Below are positions 40,231 to 53,808 of a DNA stretch of 64,000 nucleotides, one piece after another. How positions within the stretch are numbered: position 1 is the first letter of the stretch; the number at the start of each line of letters is the position of its first letter. Source of the stretch: Octopus sinensis (lineage: Eukaryota); the NCBI RefSeq assembly GCF_006345805.1, contig NC_043011.1, positions 28,222,464 through 28,286,463 of the forward strand, in the 5' to 3' direction. The notes under the pieces are model-generated. The model saw only the letters and a list, made by a program, of their open reading frames with translations, made no database searches and was not told the origin of the DNA. Position numbers and translations under genes: made by a program.

Positions 40231-41251
40231 CCCTTCTCTCTCTCTCTCTTTCTCCCTCTTTCTCTCTCCTCTTAAGAACTGTGGATTGAACGCCACACAC
40301 CCACGTTTCTTACACTTAACTTTTTTTAATGGGTTTGTAAGATATGGATTACTTATATTATCTAGTATTCATAAATCCACGTTCAAATCTTATTTTCAGT
40401 GCAATATTTCATTAGGTGAATGTGATAATATACGAAAGAACTACGAAGTAGGGCCTTTGTATTTTGTACTTTTTGCATGGTCAAACTGCCTATATCCAAA
40501 AGAGAACAGGTAAAATTGACCTACTAATAAGAAAATTAATATCAAATACGACCTGGTAGCTGAAATGTTCCTCGTTTTGGGTAAACGAAAATAGAGGAGC
40601 ATGAGTTAATTGTGATTTTATTGAACATATTACCCTCTCAGATTCACACACTTAATGCAGCAGTCCTTCAGTTTTTTTTAAACTCTGTAAAAGAACTCGG
40701 GTTCCAATCAGATTTTTCGCTATATCATTAAAGCCAGAAAATGTTCAGCTCCCCCTTGTATGTAAGCATTTTCTGTGCTTACTATAACAATATGCATGTC
40801 TATATTTTATGAAATAACAATGTGCTTCTGAGACACTGTGCTAATTGAAATGAGGCAGCGTCTATATTTTGAGATAAACAGCAATAATGTCGGTGGTGAT
40901 ATTTAATTTTGTACAGAGTGAAATATCAGCAAATACTGAATGATTTGTAGTCCATTTCGCAGATGATAATGAAGATAAAGATAAATTTATATCTTAGAAC
41001 TAGGGAGCATATTAATAAGAAAATTTCTCACAGTCGAAAGTCTTGGGAAATGCAAAGGTGTATCTCACGCCTCCTTTCAAGTATGTATATTGCATAAACA
41101 AACATTCAACGGGTAACTTCTTAACGATGGACACGATTAAACTTCTAAATTCTGCTGCTATAATTGAGGACATTTCCTCGTTGGCATAAGCTTCAAAAAC
41201 ATCCATTTATCTACTACTTACCTACATACCTACCTAAATACTTACCTGTGC

Positions 41252-41323
<72 letters not shown>

Positions 41324-41737
41324 GTTTGTATGTATATATGCATGCATGTATGTATGAATGTATGTATGAATGAATGAATGAATAAATTAATTAATTAATT
41401 GAAGGAATTACTGAACGTGTTCCTTTGAAATTGGACTAGTGAATGTACTGTAGGTTTTATGAAATCTTACGTATTAAGTGTAATATACTAAGTTTGCTTG
41501 TTATAATTGAGAGTTTATAAGTTACCACTCATCCTGGCCTCCTTTTTAGGCATCGGGACATTGTTATAATACTATAGGCTTTGTTATAGTTTGGCCTGTA
41601 AGTCAAGCAACATGGTTAAAATTTCAAATGTGTTGTTTTGTTGTACTTGTTTTGGAAGCGGGTTATTTATTTTCTTAACTCATATCCCACCATCTAACAA
41701 AGATGGTGGATAACGTCTATCAATCAGTATATAAGTA

Positions 41738-41783
<46 letters not shown>

Positions 41784-41790
41784 ATATATA

Positions 41791-41876
<86 letters not shown>

Positions 41877-41939
41877 GTGTGTGTGTGTGTGTTGTGTGTG
41901 TGTGTGTGTGTATACATATATATACATATATATATTTTT

Positions 41940-42211
41940 ACCGAGCAGGCTACAAGATGCTGCTACACATCGCTGGTCACAATGCGCTTCGCATTGTTTT
42001 AGCTTTCAAATGACGCCGCCCCACTGGCTAAGCGAGCAGGCCAACAGAAGAAAGAGTGAGAGAAAGTTGTGGCGAAAGAGTACTGCAGGGATCGCCACCA
42101 CACCCTGCCGGAGCCTCATGGAGCTTTAGATGTTTTCGCTCAATAAACACTCACAACCTTCGGTCTGGGAATCGAAAACGTGATCCTACGATCGCGAATC
42201 CGCTGTCCTAA

Positions 42212-42214
<3 letters not shown>
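41940..42214 (-). mobile_element. SINE family C, alternative tail
   Basis: Co-linear with 20046-20332. Confidence 0.85.
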
Positions 42215-42248
<34 letters not shown>

Positions 42249-44054
42249 ATATAATTCTTCATATGTTTAGGGTAAATAAAAACAATATATATTCTTGTGC
42301 ATTTCAGATGGCATGTAAAAATATTGCTACAAACTGTGAAATTGTGATAAGCAAAATAATATGTGAAGCATACAAAGAGTCCACAAGCATCGGCATTATT
42401 ATTCTATCATTAAACAACATTAAATTAAGCCAAAAATATCTAACCCAACATGTGTAAAATACAGTTAAAGAAATTGCTTTTCGACACGTTGTTAAAACCC
42501 ATTCTAAAATATATTAAGAGATTTATTGGAGAAGATCAACCTTCCAAAAACGATCACAAGAAACACCCATAGTAGCTTTTGCTAGAGTGAAATTTTACAC
42601 AAAATCCTTACGATTATGGGATAGAAGCATTAACACTCTTGTTTTGAAGTTATGTAGAAAAATTAATAAAACATACAGTCAAGGTCTAGTCAAGTAATCA
42701 TGTTCAGTGTAAGTTCAACACGTATGATTTTACATTAGTTTGTATTGATTTTGTATTTCTTAATACATATCGTCTTTTATCAATGGATAAAACAAGCATT
42801 CAATAATATTCAGCATCTATTACTATCATTGCACTGCTTTCATCTGCTCCTTTAATTGCTCTAATTGTTAATGCGTTATGAATTTTCTATTGAATTATGT
42901 TTTCCGATTTAATATTGCTGATTATTTTAGTTAATTTTTTGAATATCTATGATATTATATGGAAAATTCAAACTATGGTAGCGGAAATCCTAAGTGATTT
43001 ATTCCTATCTTTGGGTAAAGAATAATTGCTTTTGTTCCGAACAAGCATATCATCATCGTTATTCTTAGCAAATAATTCTTCTGGGAGTCATGATTTTTAA
43101 TAAAATTCTAAAATATCTTCTTTAATTTCATTGTAATTAGGTCTCCGGTGAATTGGGATTCATTTTAGTCCTTTTGCCATAATATCGATTTATTACACTG
43201 ATAATTGATGAAATGATAAATTTATTACTTTTGGGCATTCCGACATTTATCTCAATTCCTCTTGACAGGATCTAAAAGAGATTTCATTTGTTTCAGTTGT
43301 TAGTATTTGTAACACTATTAATGTTATTCGTTGAGTGATAGAGCTGTCTAAGATTATTAAATATACTTACTGCTTTCATGTATATTACATGAGATTCAAA
43401 TATATTTCGTTGATTGAAATACATTTGAAAGTAAAATAGAAGCACACGAAAAATACGCCAAATTGGCCAACATCCGAGTCAAAGTTCATGCTATAATGGT
43501 TCGACCCAGACGTTCTGTGGCCAAATCTGCTTACAATCACACGAAATAACGCTCAATATCCGGGGGAAACAGGATCAAAGCCCTAAAGGCTATATCAGAC
43601 GCAGCAGAGAGGTGTTCCATCTTGATCTGGTCGAGGATGAACGAGAACGATCTCCATACTGGTTGAGGGCAATATGTGGTATTTTCATGTACGCTTAGAG
43701 AAGTAACACTGCATGAATCATGATGTAGATTTGGCGGCAGCGTTCGTTGACATTGTGGACACTTCACCTCTGCTATGACAACGAAAGGTATTTTATTTCT
43801 GAACTCACGGAATGTAAGTTTGAAAGCAGAGGCCATAGACAGGAGTCCCAAGTAGATCTTGTCAGCAAAATCTCCTTATGGTTTAAATACACATCAAATC
43901 TATGATATTCAAAAGGCTCAAAATTGCCAGCATAAGGGCATCCAGGAGTCATATCTGAAGCTCTGACCCGAAACATTTTTCCGAAGAGGATTTCTTCTCT
44001 AATTATCTGTTGTTCAGAGGTCCCAAAAGTTTCTTGCCAGTTTCTTCTTGCATG

Positions 44055-44498
44055 AAAAAAAGTTGATACTTATGTTTTGAATATTACTTGTTCATTTCTA
44101 ATTTATAACTCGTTCTTATTTCTGCTTCAAAGTCGACTTGCTATGAAAAACTCAGAGTTTATCATGTTTTGTTTTATTGCTTTGAACGCTTACAAGACGG
44201 AAAATCGTGAAATTGAAGAAATAACCTGGATGGAAAACGATCATTGGACCACCAATAACGATGCAGATTTTTGAAAATGTACACAGATTTGGTTTTCTAA
44301 TTTTGAGTATTTAAAATTGAAAGCCTTTTCAGAAACGATAAGTGACTTATGAGATCAAATTGTAAGCGTTCACAGCATTAAAACAAAACATGATCAACTC
44401 TGAGTTTCATAGCAAATCGTCTTTGAAGCAGAAATAAGTACGAGTTATAAATTAGAAATGAAAAAGTAATTTTCAAAACATGAGCATCAAATTTTCTC
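44055..44498. mobile_element. MITE-like element with ~140-bp imperfect terminal inverted repeats
   Basis: 44055-44195 (catttctaatttataactcg...gaacgcttacaa) is the reverse complement of 44360-44498. Confidence 0.7.
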
Positions 44499-45026
44499 CA
44501 ACGGTACTTAGGAAACACCGTTGTAATAATTCCAGAAATTCCAGGATGGACTTGGCGTGTATATTAAAGATAAAAAGGGATGACAGAATTTACCAGCAAG
44601 AAAATTTATATAACCACAACAATTGTTTCACCTTCAAGATACATTGCTCCCTTATGGGCGTAGAACGATGCAATAACACCAAATGCAATGCACAGTGTAT
44701 AGAAGACTTCTCAGGTGGCATAATAAGGTTTAAGACGGGAGATTTACATTTGACTTTCGCTATACTGAGAAATTTTAACAGACAGACGCACAGACAAACA
44801 GACGGTCACATTCTTACATTTAAATCAATTCAAAAACATGAACATTCAGATACAGGAATCATTTTTTTTTCTGTCGATGGTTTATGTGCCCCTTTATTAG
44901 ACTATTTTCCATAGAAATTGCACGGTGATTTCCATAAGCTTTAAGCTTATATAAATATTATTATTATCATTTACAGGATTGTAAAACACGGCACCGTATA
45001 ACAAAACCATCCGCACCGAAAATATG

Positions 45027-45153
<127 letters not shown>

Positions 45154-47239
45154 TGTGTAATTATATAATTATCATTATATATCATTGGCATTATTCCATA
45201 TTATAAGGCATATCTTATATATTTATGGTTATATAACACTCATTTCGATGCTAATGCTGGTAGTTTTTTGTGATTCTCCCAGAAGAGGTGTATTCGTTCT
45301 CCATGTTGAGTTAGTGGATGGGTTTGGATTCTGATCCTAATGCATTCATTTATTCGGTGACTTTTCTGAGGATCCGATCTTGTGTTTGGGGAGCGTTTTT
45401 CTTTTAAATTTTTTTATTGTTTCTCGCTGCATCGCATCTGTTTCGCTGCAGTCACTGTAGTTTCACTGTAGTCATACATTTTAATCAACCGTTCCTCTTT
45501 TATAATTCTGGCCATTCCTACTAAATTTGTGATGGAATTTGCAAACGAATTATACAACCAAATCCATTTAATCCGTAATTAATTGATCATAAACCTTTGG
45601 TGAATATCCTTTATAGAATTTGAGCACTCACTACATAAAATATGTAAATCAAGAGTATATGAAAAACTGAGTGTGCTAAATGTTGGAGCAATGTCGAAAC
45701 ACCATTATCGTGTATATATCGAATATAGTTTCCCAAAACACTACTTTGTTCATGTTATCGCTACTAGTGAAAATTGCAAACACCTCACAACTCTAGAATA
45801 ACAGGTAAATGTAATCGATATGGACTACCAACTACGAATAAATTAATAAAACGAAGATCGATTCAGGCAAAAAAAAAATATCTTAAGAATTATTTTGAGC
45901 GTCTGAACTAGTTGGAAGCACCAGTCAAATCTTCCAGGAATTATACTCTGCTGTCTCATAATAAAAGAATATATTGCATAATTTACTCCATAAAATAGAT
46001 AGGCAATGTCCAAGGGAAGAGTGGTCATTGGCCGGATTGTATTTTGATATCTTTCGCGTCATATCGAACTAATATCGATGTAAGAAACAATCAAATAAAT
46101 TAAAAGGAACCAATGGTATGCTGCTCAATTCAGTCAGATGACAAAGACATCTTTCTATTTATCCCAATAATGCGAGATCGTTCAATTTATTATTAGAAAA
46201 TTCAACTAAACGTAAATAGCTAATTATTGAGAAATTACTCTTTGGTTAATTTATAATTATTATTTATAACAACATTTTTTCTTTTTTTTTCTTCTTAAAC
46301 AGGCAAACTTGTAATACTTCGACGCCTTGAGTTAGACAGATAATTATCATGTGAGATTGTGAGATTGTTACTGACTCGGTACCGTTATACTGGCGCGTAA
46401 TATAGTGCTGAATATGCAATGTTTAATATAGAATCAACCAAAAAAAAAATGTTAGTTTTAGGCTAGAAAAACAGCATTTTGAAACGTGTATTATTAAATA
46501 GAACTGATTAAGAAGACGCATAATGATAGTGAAAAATGTTGAGCAAGTGTTTGCAATAAAAACGAACACACTTCAATAAAGAGATATCACGTGAACGCTT
46601 ATTATTGCCTAAAAACACGATACAGTAGTGACTCTAATTGACTAGTCTACAAAAACAGTAAGTATTGGTTATTGCGCTTCTCTTGAAATTTTCAATCAAA
46701 CGTTTAAATTACCATTTTGATAAATTGTCAATATAATATTATTCGCACCCAAAAGTAATTCTCGGCTAAGTGAAATATATTGAATCATATGTGAGGCACA
46801 AAATATCCACTGTTTAGTATGTAAATCAAATTGATTGAATCATACACGCTATATAATTGGCACTTATTTTATCGCTTCCAGGATGAGCGATCATGGCAGA
46901 ACTCAATGACATTCCAGACCATAAAAAGAAAAGTAACAGAAAACGGCACGCTAACGTTCCAGTCCCACAGACGCTTTTCTATATTATTTAAATCATAGTC
47001 GTCTGTACTTTTTTTCTTTTTAATATATATATATATGCAGATTTAATTAAAAAAGAAATATGAAAAGCCATAACATTGTCGCTTTCTGCTAATACTATTT
47101 TTTCACTTAGTCTGTGACTATACTTATCTAGCTAACTAGGTATCTAGCTGACTCTCCCTCACTCTCTTCCTATCTATCTACCTATCTATCTATTTATCTA
47201 TTCTTCTATCTAGCTATCTCTTTTGCTCGCTCTCTCTCT

Positions 47240-47273
<34 letters not shown>

Positions 47274-47274
47274 C

Positions 47275-47625
47275 TAAAGGAGATCTCTGTCGTTTACGAT
47301 GACGAGGATCACAGACAATACGATCAACGGAACAATTTGCTCGTGAATTTAAGGTGCAAGTGGCTTAGCAGGGAGATTCAGCGTGACACAGACTGTGAAA
47401 AAAGGTAGGTTCTTTGCAATACAAGTACTACTCAGTTTTGCCAGCTGAGTGGACTGGGGCAACGGAAAATAAAATGACTTGCGAAGTAAAGTGGAAATAA
47501 AGGGAAATAAGCGAAATTAAAAGTGGAAATAAAGCGAAATAAAGTGACAACACGTCCCCGGGAATTGAACTCACGACCTTAAGATCGTGAGCTGAATGCC
47601 CTCACAACTAACTCACGCACCTTCA
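47275..47625 (-). mobile_element. SINE (family D-like head, RTE-like tail)
   Basis: Minus strand: gtcgtgagttcaattcccggg B box ...aattcacgagcaaattgttccgttgatcg...ctcgtcatcgtaaacgac; tail shared with 3900-3965. Confidence 0.65.
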
Positions 47626-47649
47626 CACACACACACACACAACATATAT

Positions 47650-47882
47650 ATTTCTTTATTGCCCACAAGGGGCTAAACATAGAGACGACAAAGAAGGACA
47701 GACAAAGGGATTAAGTCGATTATATCGACCCCAGTGCGAAACTGGTACTTTTATTTATCGACCCCGAAAGGATGAAAGGCAAAGTTGACCTCGGCGGAAT
47801 TTGAACTCAGAACGCAACGACAGAAGAAATGCCGTTAAGCATTCCGCCCGGCGCGCTAACGTGTCTGCCAGTTCGCCGCCTT
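47650..47882 (-). mobile_element. SINE family A (long-tail subfamily)
   Basis: Near-consensus copy, reverse complement. Confidence 0.88.
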
Positions 47883-48284
47883 ACACACACACAACATATA
47901 TCAGTCTCTGTAGCACTTCCACTTCAATTGTCTGGTGCTTGTAATAAGTTTAAGTTTGTACGCATCAGTGCTTGGCGTTTATATTCCGTATGTTATTACG
48001 GCCAAGCTGCCGGTTAGTTCCACCGGTCTTTGTACGCTGACTGGAATACAATAAGAGATCAATTTCTTGTCTGTCATTAGTGCCCCTCCTTTCCAGTATG
48101 TGAACGTCATGCATTCATCAGTCTGGCGAGCAGGCGCTTCGAACTGACTTGGTGTGCTTAAACCTATTTGCCAACAGAGAAAAATTTTCTTTCTGACAAA
48201 ATACAGAAATGGTTTTCTTACCGGTTCAAAATGCCTGACGCATTTTGAGCTGGTAACATATATATATATATAACATATATATAT

Positions 48285-48316
<32 letters not shown>

Positions 48317-48329
48317 ATATATTATTATA

Positions 48330-48777
48330 TATATGAAAAAAGGTTTGAAAATGCAATTTAAACGATGTTTATTACTTAACCGGTTCACTCTTTGGTAAAA
48401 GATTGTCAAAAGACTTCCTGTCAGGTGTCCCAGATGAACCAACTTCACGGCAGGAGGGGCAGATGAGGGCAGCTGCATCGAAACTCTCTCATGCCCAAAT
48501 GGCAGTTGCTAGAAAGCTTTCGTGAAGTGAAACCAAGTAGCAACACCAAATGGCGGTGCCCCAGCATGGCCACAGCTCATAAGCTGAAACTCGAACCAAT
48601 CAATCAATCAATCATATACATATATACAATATTATATATACCTATATACATATATTATATATATATATATACTATATATATATACATATATACATATATT
48701 ACATATATACATATATATATATCATATATACATATATATATACATATATACTATATATATATACATAATACATATAC

Positions 48778-48831
<54 letters not shown>

Positions 48832-49305
48832 GTTAGTTGTGGGGTATCGCGCGAGTGGATTATATATGAAAAAAGGTTTGAAAATGCAATTTAAACGATG
48901 TTTATTTACTTAACCGGTTTCACTCTTTGGTAAAAGATTGTCAAAAGACTTCCTGTCAGGTGTCCAGATGAACCACTTCACGGCAGGAGGGGCAGATGAG
49001 GGCAGCTGCATCGAACTCTCTCATGCACCAAATGGCAGTTGCTAGAAAGCTTTCGTGAAGTGAAACCAAGTAGCAACACCAAATGGCGGTGCCCCAGCAT
49101 GGCCACAGCTCATAAGCTGAAACTCGAACCAATCAATCAATCAATCATATACATATATACAATATATATATATACATATATACATATATATATACATATA
49201 TACATATATATATATACATATATACATATATATACATATATACATATATATATATACATATATACATATATATATCATATATACATATATATATACATAA
49301 TTACT

Positions 49306-49364
<59 letters not shown>

Positions 49365-49400
49365 GTTGAGTTGTGGGGTATCGCGCGAGTGGGATTATAT
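48330..49400 (-). repeat. Two tandem 534-bp units: PLE terminus with HHR + (TA)-rich tract + inverted copy of LINE 3' end
   Basis: HHR starts at 48375, 48909 and 49443 (period 534); 48413-48612 and 48948-49146 are reverse complements of 57903-58103. Confidence 0.88.
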
Positions 49401-49442
49401 ATGAAAAAAGGTTTGAAAATGCAATTTAAACGATGTTTATTA

Positions 49443-49481
49443 CTTAACCGGTTTCACTCTTTGGTAAAAGATTGTCAAAAG
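49443..49481 (-). ncRNA. pLTR hammerhead, U3-A8 core variant (also 48375-48412, 48909-48947, 55230-55268 on -; 57576-57614 on +)
   Basis: CUU-UUGACAA-UCUUU(uacc)AAAGA-gu-GAAAC-CG-GUU-AAG; palindromic ACCGGU stem III. Confidence 0.7.
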
Positions 49482-51510
49482 AAACTTTGAATATTATGGG
49501 TTCAAAAAAAGTTTTTTACATAATTGTCACATTGAATATTATGAATTCAAAAATGTTTTTTTATACATAATTGTCACATTACATGTATAAACATAGTATA
49601 AAAAAGTTCAATAGTATGATGAGAATATTTGGAAAATTGGCAGAAAAGAATAAAAAAATATATTATTGGAAATTTGGTTGCGTTAATTATTGGTTGTCGC
49701 CAATTGTCACATTACATGTATATATATACAGTCTTTGGTAGAAAGGACATGTTAAAGACATAAGGAAGTGTAATAGTTTGGTGAGAAAGCTTGTAATATT
49801 GACAGAGAAAATTAAAATGGATATTTTAGACATCTCAGAATATTTTGAATCGAAGGCGAGAATTTGTTTTTTACTGACCTGTTTGTTTTAGCAGAAAAGT
49901 TGGATTGAGAGAAAAAAAGATATGTACCCAGTTTGGTTTATACTTCCCCTTCAAGCATCAGTGATTTTGGGGTTATTGGGAGGTGAGTATGCGGGTGTGA
50001 ATAGATGTGTCCGTGTGCCTGCTGGTCAGACAGCGTCTGTTTGTCACACACATATATACACACACACACAACAACAATACACACACACACATAGTATACA
50101 CACACACACCACATACACACAACACACACACACAGAAACACACCACACACAACGCACCCACATATATAATATATACACACAGCACACAAATATAACATGT
50201 ATTTATATATAATATACACACATATATACACATACACCACACACACACACACACACAACACACGCACACATATATACATAATATAAATATCACACAAATA
50301 CACCTAGCATATATATACACATACATACACATCACAGCATGTATATAATACACATACACAATATATGTATGCAATATACATACGCAATACATACATATAA
50401 TATATATATATATAGACAATGCATATACATATATACATATATACATATAAATAGTGTTTACATACACATACATAGATATACCACATATACACACAATATA
50501 CATACATACAATGCATACACATACACGTACGCATACATATAATATATATAGACACACACACACATAGCATACATACACAATGCATACATATATATACACG
50601 CAACGTATATACATGTATTCATGTATATATAGCACACTTACAATATACATATATACAATGCACACATACACACATATATACACTTAATTGTACACATACA
50701 TATACAGTACACATACATACAATATACATATACACAATGCGCATGCAAATAATGCACATGTTTATACACACATATACATGAAGATATATATACACACACA
50801 CACATACACACACACATATATACATATACACATATATATATATATATACATATATACATACATACATGCACATACATATATTTTTTCACACACATACACA
50901 CACATATATATATAAATTCACACACACCACCCACACACACAAAATACAAACCTATAGCGTACACACTCAAATATATCTCTACATACCGCACACACACACA
51001 AACAATGTACTCACATATACACACATACCATGCATATACACACATACATGCATATACACATACTGCACACACACAGCACACACACATATATATGTATAAA
51101 AACAAATACACATGTAAATACATACACACGTACACAATGCTCACACACACACACCACATACACACACACACGCACACAGTGCAACACACACACACATATA
51201 TACACACGTGTACACCACACACACACAACGCGCGCACACACACACATACACAACACGACACACACACACACATACATATACACACGCGCACACACACAAC
51301 GTGCACACTCACACACACACACAACACCACACACATACACATAACCTACATATATATAATGCATGCGTGTGCGTGCCACGTATGTGTGCGGTCAATGCCC
51401 GCTAGTGTGTCCTATGCGTGCCGATGCGCGCATGTGCCCGCCCGCACGATATGCTGTGAGTGTGCGCGTGCCCCTGTGTGCCTGCTCTGGATGTGTGCCC
51501 AGGGGGCATG

Positions 51511-51910
51511 TTATAGTATGTTTAGTTGTGGTCTGTATTTTTGAATAAGATTACATTCCTTATTTATTCGTGTTTGGTCTGTGGTGTTGTCCGAGCATTG
51601 GTATAGTGGGAAGACTAAGAATTTGGGGGACTTATTGTGTGCACAAAGGTCTAAGTGTCCACTTAGTGGTATCTGTCTTGTGGAGGGGTCCCTCAGTTGT
51701 TGTCGGTGAACTGTCATTCTTTCTCTGAGGGTAAGGCTCGTTTGCCCTATGTAGTCTTCGTGGCATCCTTCACACCTTATGACGTAGAGTAAATTTTTTG
51801 ATGCGCACGTGAAATTATTTTTTATGATGAATGTGTGTCCCGAGTGGAACTTGTACGACGATCCCTCAATGAGGTGGATGCAGGTCTTGCAATTGGGGCG
51901 ACCACATTTT
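51511..51910 (-). CDS. PLE GIY-YIG endonuclease domain with upstream Cys-rich linker
   Basis: CGRPNCKTCIHL...NFTCASKNLLYVIRCEGCHEDYIGQTSLTLRERMTVH...HLDLC...KYRPQLNIL*. Confidence 0.9.
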
Positions 51911-53808
51911 TGATGGTGGGCGGTGGGTTTGTGTTGTGTAATTTTGCGTTGGTGAGGAGGTTTTTTAGGGATTTAGGTTGTCTCTTACTTTTTATTATTT
52001 TATGAGCTGCCAGTATTTTTTTCAGGCGTGGGTCTTGATTTAGTTGTGGAATGTTGTTGTATATAATAGTGTAAGCTTCTGCATTCCTTGGGTTGTGTGT
52101 TGAGAGATAGGGGAGGCTATTTACTGTACTGTGGATGTGTTTGGGTTTTCGTAGGTCTTGAATGTTGATTGATTTGGCCCGTTCTATTCCGTTGTCTACT
52201 AGTGATGCCGGGTAATGTCTTTCGAGAAGAATTGCCCTTAGTTCCCGGAGTCTTCTATTTCGTGTTGTGTCATTTGAGACAATAGTGCAGATTCTTCTCG
52301 CTAGGTTGAAGGGATATTTGTCTTTGTGTGTTTTGGGTGATTGGAGGTGAATAGAAGGTATTGTTTAGAGTCAGTGGGTTTGTAATGGATGTCAGTTTCA
52401 ATGTTGACGCCTTTTTTAATGATTAGGATGTCAAGAAAAGGGTGTTGGTCCTGACTATATTCCATTGTGAATTGAATGTTGTTATTAACACTGTTGATAA
52501 GGTTTTTGAAGTCTTTAAGTTGGTCGAGTGTGTGGGACCATAGGATGAGGCAATCATCTAAGTAGCGTTTCCAGTTCTCCAACAGGTATTTGTGGAAAGA
52601 CTGGCCGTACTTATATTTGGATTTTTCATAGATATGTGATTCCAGGTAGGCCATCACCAGGTTTGCATAGGTAGGTGCAACTTTCGTACCCATTGCAGTT
52701 CCTGAGACCTGTCTGTAAGTGTTGTTGTGGAAATACATGAAGTTGTTTTGCAGAATAAATTTGAGGCCCTCAATTATGAATTCTTTTTTAATTCTTTCCG
52801 GGATCTCATTGGGATATTTATCCAGCCAGAATTTAATGGCTTCCAGTCCATATTCATGTGGGATTGTGGTGTAAAGATTAATAACATCAAAAGAAACGAT
52901 TAAGGTGTCTTTATCGGCATGTTTGGGGAGATGATTTAATAGGTCCAGGTCATCTCTTACAATACTTGGAATGTGTTTCAGTATTGGCTTTAAGATGATA
53001 TCTATAAAGTTGCTAAGTCTGTGTGTTTCACAACTTGGGCCTGCCACTATTGGTCTCAGTTTGAGATCAGTGGGATGTGGTATAGTGATGCAGGTTGAAG
53101 TGGACTTTTTGCAAGCTTCTGTGATAATTTGACTCTTGTGTATTTTTGGAAGCCCATAGAGTGTGCTGGTTTTGCAATTAAATTTAGTAATGTAGTCGCA
53201 TTCCTTTGCTGTCAAGTCATTCCGGTGTTGGTAAATGAGTGCCTTCAGTTTGGTCATTGTTTTGGATTGCTGGTAGTCGACTACTCTCTCATAGTATGTG
53301 GTATCCTCTAAAAGGAGAGATACAGAGTTTTTATATTGCTCAGTATTCATAACAACGACCGTACTACCCTTATCAGCTTCCTTTATTGTGACGTTATGAT
53401 TGTCTCGTAGCGTATGGATGATTTCCCATTCTCTTTTACTGGTGTGGGTTTGAGTTTAGGTTGTGGGAGTTCACCATAAGGGAAGTTTGAGATGTAATCG
53501 CAAAATTGTCTAAGGTTTTGTTTTTGCCTTTTATGGGATTATAGTTGCTTTTGTTACGGACCATTGATTCGTCGTTATTATTAGTTTTCCTGTCAAAAAA
53601 TTCCTCTGTGAGGCGTAATTTTCTGCAAAAGTGTGAGATGTCATCCTGTATTTCCCTCAGGTTAGGGTATTGCGGAGTTGGGGTGAATTTTAGTCCTCTT
53701 GAAAGGATTTTTATTTGTGGTTGTCGACAGGTTTAGGTTAGAGAGATTCACTATTTTTGGTTTTTCGGGGTTGCTACCATCTGGTGTCGTGGAAACTGAT
53801 GCCCTTGC
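51911..53808 (-). CDS. PLE reverse transcriptase (broken by single-base indels; core ORF 52301-53350)
   Basis: IVNLS, LSRGLKFTPTP, IKEADKG, LYGLPKIHK, LRPIV, SFDVINLYT, GTAMGTKVAPTYANL, RYLDD, PFLDI, YKPT. Confidence 0.93.

Noticed and set aside
48075-48128. CUGAUGA...GAAA on the minus strand
   Set aside because: Stem I does not pair and stem III is unconvincing; not called as a hammerhead.
48491-49404. Repeated ORFs [30 protein letters not shown] (also 57720-58010)
   Set aside because: Translation of the LINE 3' end running into microsatellite; the repetition reflects the duplication, not a gene family.
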